A stretch of 16,675 nucleotides of DNA. Origin: Polyangiaceae bacterium. GTDB taxonomy: Bacteria; Myxococcota_A; Polyangia; Polyangiales; Polyangiaceae. Positions 15,458-16,675 of this stretch are shown here, in pieces. Made by a program: the position numbers and the translations under genes. The number at the start of each line of letters is the position of its first letter. The stretch's first letter is position 1. The notes beneath the pieces are model-generated. The model was given only the letters and a program-made list of their open reading frames with translations, was not told where the DNA came from and made no database searches. The stretch spans positions 1-16,675 of the forward strand of contig JBGANF010000159.1 of NCBI GenBank assembly GCA_044222475.1, in the 5' to 3' direction.

Positions 15458-16669
15458 TCAGAGCGAGCCAAAAGTCCGGGGCGGAAGCCCAGCGGCGCCC
15501 TCGATCTTCGTCTCCGGGAGCTCGTCGTACCCTGCGCCGTTCCACCGCAATCGCCGCACCGTCCCACGCTCGGCGTCGGTGAAGAGGCAGACCTTGCTGC
15601 ACGCCGAGCACACGAGGTCGCCGAAGACGAACGCCTTGCCGGCCTTCGCGACCACCACCGGCGCCGCACCGCCGCGCGAGAGCCAGACCACGTCGGGCCG
15701 GCCCGCGCCCTGATCGCCGTACGCGACGCCCACGACCCGGTCCTCGTCCCACGCGATCGCGGGCGCCAGCGCCGCGCCGAGCGGCTTCGCGATCGCCAGA
15801 CGCGACTCGACCACCAGCGGCCGCTTCGTCGCGTCGAGCACGACGACGTCACTCCCGTCGAGCTGGGTCGGCCCCGCCGCGAACACCCCGGAGCAGGTCG
15901 CGGCGAGCCGAGTACCATCTTGGGACAACGAGAACGCTCCGCAGTTCGTGAGCCCGGGGAGATCGGTCGTCCACGCGACGGAGTCCGTCTTCGGATCGAC
16001 GGCCGCGATCCGCCCGTCGGCCGCAGTCTTGAACGACGGATCGATGCGCCCCAGGAGCACGAGCACGAGGTCGCCGAGACGCAGGAATCGATCGGGACGC
16101 GCGGGAAGCCCGTCGCCCGCCGCCGCAAGGTCGACGCGTCCTTGCACCGCGAGCGACGTGGCATCGACGACGAGCAGGTCGCTCCCGCCGTCGAGGGCCT
16201 CTCGACCCGGCTTCGGGTTGGTCCCGTAGCGCGCCACGTATGCCCGGCCGTCGCCGAGCGTGACGAAGTCGTGGGGGTTCGACGCGAAGCCGGTCGCGAC
16301 CGACCGCTGGGCCGAGGCGCTCGCGGTCGCGAGCGCGAGCCGCGTCAGGACGGCGTTCGGGTAGCGATCGACGACGACCATCGCGTCCCCCGCGGGTGGC
16401 TCGCGCCCGAGGACGACGTCACCCGAGAGCGCCGCCGACGTGCCGGCCACGGCCGACGCGCTCGACATCATGGATCCGGATAGGACGATCCCATCTTGGG
16501 ACAAGACCGCGACCGAGGACGACGCGTAGTCCGACGAGACGACGCCGAATCCGCGCGGACACTCACCGACCCGCGCGGGGAGCGTGACCCCTCCGCTCGG
16601 CGGCGGCGGGCTCGGCGTGCCACAACCGAGCGCGAAGAGCACGACGGTCGATCGAAGGAGGCGCTTCAT
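15458..16669 (-). CDS. Beta-propeller surface lipoprotein (possibly BtuG/DUF5074-like accessory of a TonB-dependent receptor)
   Basis: Lipobox ALGC followed by a Pro-rich linker; motifs SDYASSSV, VVVDRY, NPHDFV...RAYVARY, GRIAAVDPKTDSV. Confidence 0.6.
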   Translation of the reverse strand: MKRLLRSTVVLFALGCGTPSPPPPSGGVTLPARVGECPRGFGVVSSDYASSSVAVLSQDGIVLSGSMMSSASAVAGTSAALSGDVVLGREPPAGDAMVVVDRYPNAVLTRLALATASASAQRSVATGFASNPHDFVTLGDGRAYVARYGTNPKPGREALDGGSDLLVVDATSLAVQGRVDLAAAGDGLPARPDRFLRLGDLVLVLLGRIDPSFKTAADGRIAAVDPKTDSVAWTTDLPGLTNCGAFSLSQDGTRLAATCSGVFAAGPTQLDGSDVVVLDATKRPLVVESRLAIAKPLGAALAPAIAWDEDRVVGVAYGDQGAGRPDVVWLSRGGAAPVVVAKAGKAFVFGDLVCSACSKVCLFTDAERGTVRRLRWNGAGYDELPETKIEGAAGLPPRTFGSL

Positions 16670-16675
16670 GGAGTG

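Noticed and set aside
1229..16483. Many long overlapping ORFs (e.g. 2429-4165, 3994-5670, 4119-5873, 9804-11210, 11776-13143, 13782-15713, 14347-16164)
   Set aside because: Expected stop-poor alternative frames in ~70% GC DNA; they have low-complexity Arg/Ala/Pro composition and no motifs.

Overview
High-GC (roughly 70% by eye), densely coding bacterial DNA. Its gene content points to Myxococcota, probably Polyangiales-like (inference): many lipoproteins, Stig1-like and myxobacterial Cys-rich repeats, an AgmX/PglI-type domain and STAS/SEC14-like proteins. I call 14 CDSs: a PLP-dependent group II decarboxylase truncated at the left edge and missing from the ORF track; a TolB/PD40 propeller lipoprotein with one CxxCH; a small membrane protein; a propeller plus di-heme cytochrome c lipoprotein; an AgmX/PglI-C-like lipoprotein; a DUF4139 lipoprotein; a STAS/SEC14-like protein; a PhyH dioxygenase; a Cys-rich surface lipoprotein divergent from a STAS-AraC regulator; a His-rich cytoplasmic beta-propeller next to a lipoyl-less E2-type acyltransferase; an NBR1-Ig/beta-helix secreted protein; and a propeller lipoprotein, possibly BtuG-like. 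There is also a short relic that resembles a dienelactone hydrolase 3' end. I saw no RNA genes, CRISPR arrays or mobile elements. The best leads are the His-crowned propeller/E2-acyltransferase pair and the STAS-AraC/Cys-rich lipoprotein divergon. All family assignments come from motif recognition by eye, not database searches.
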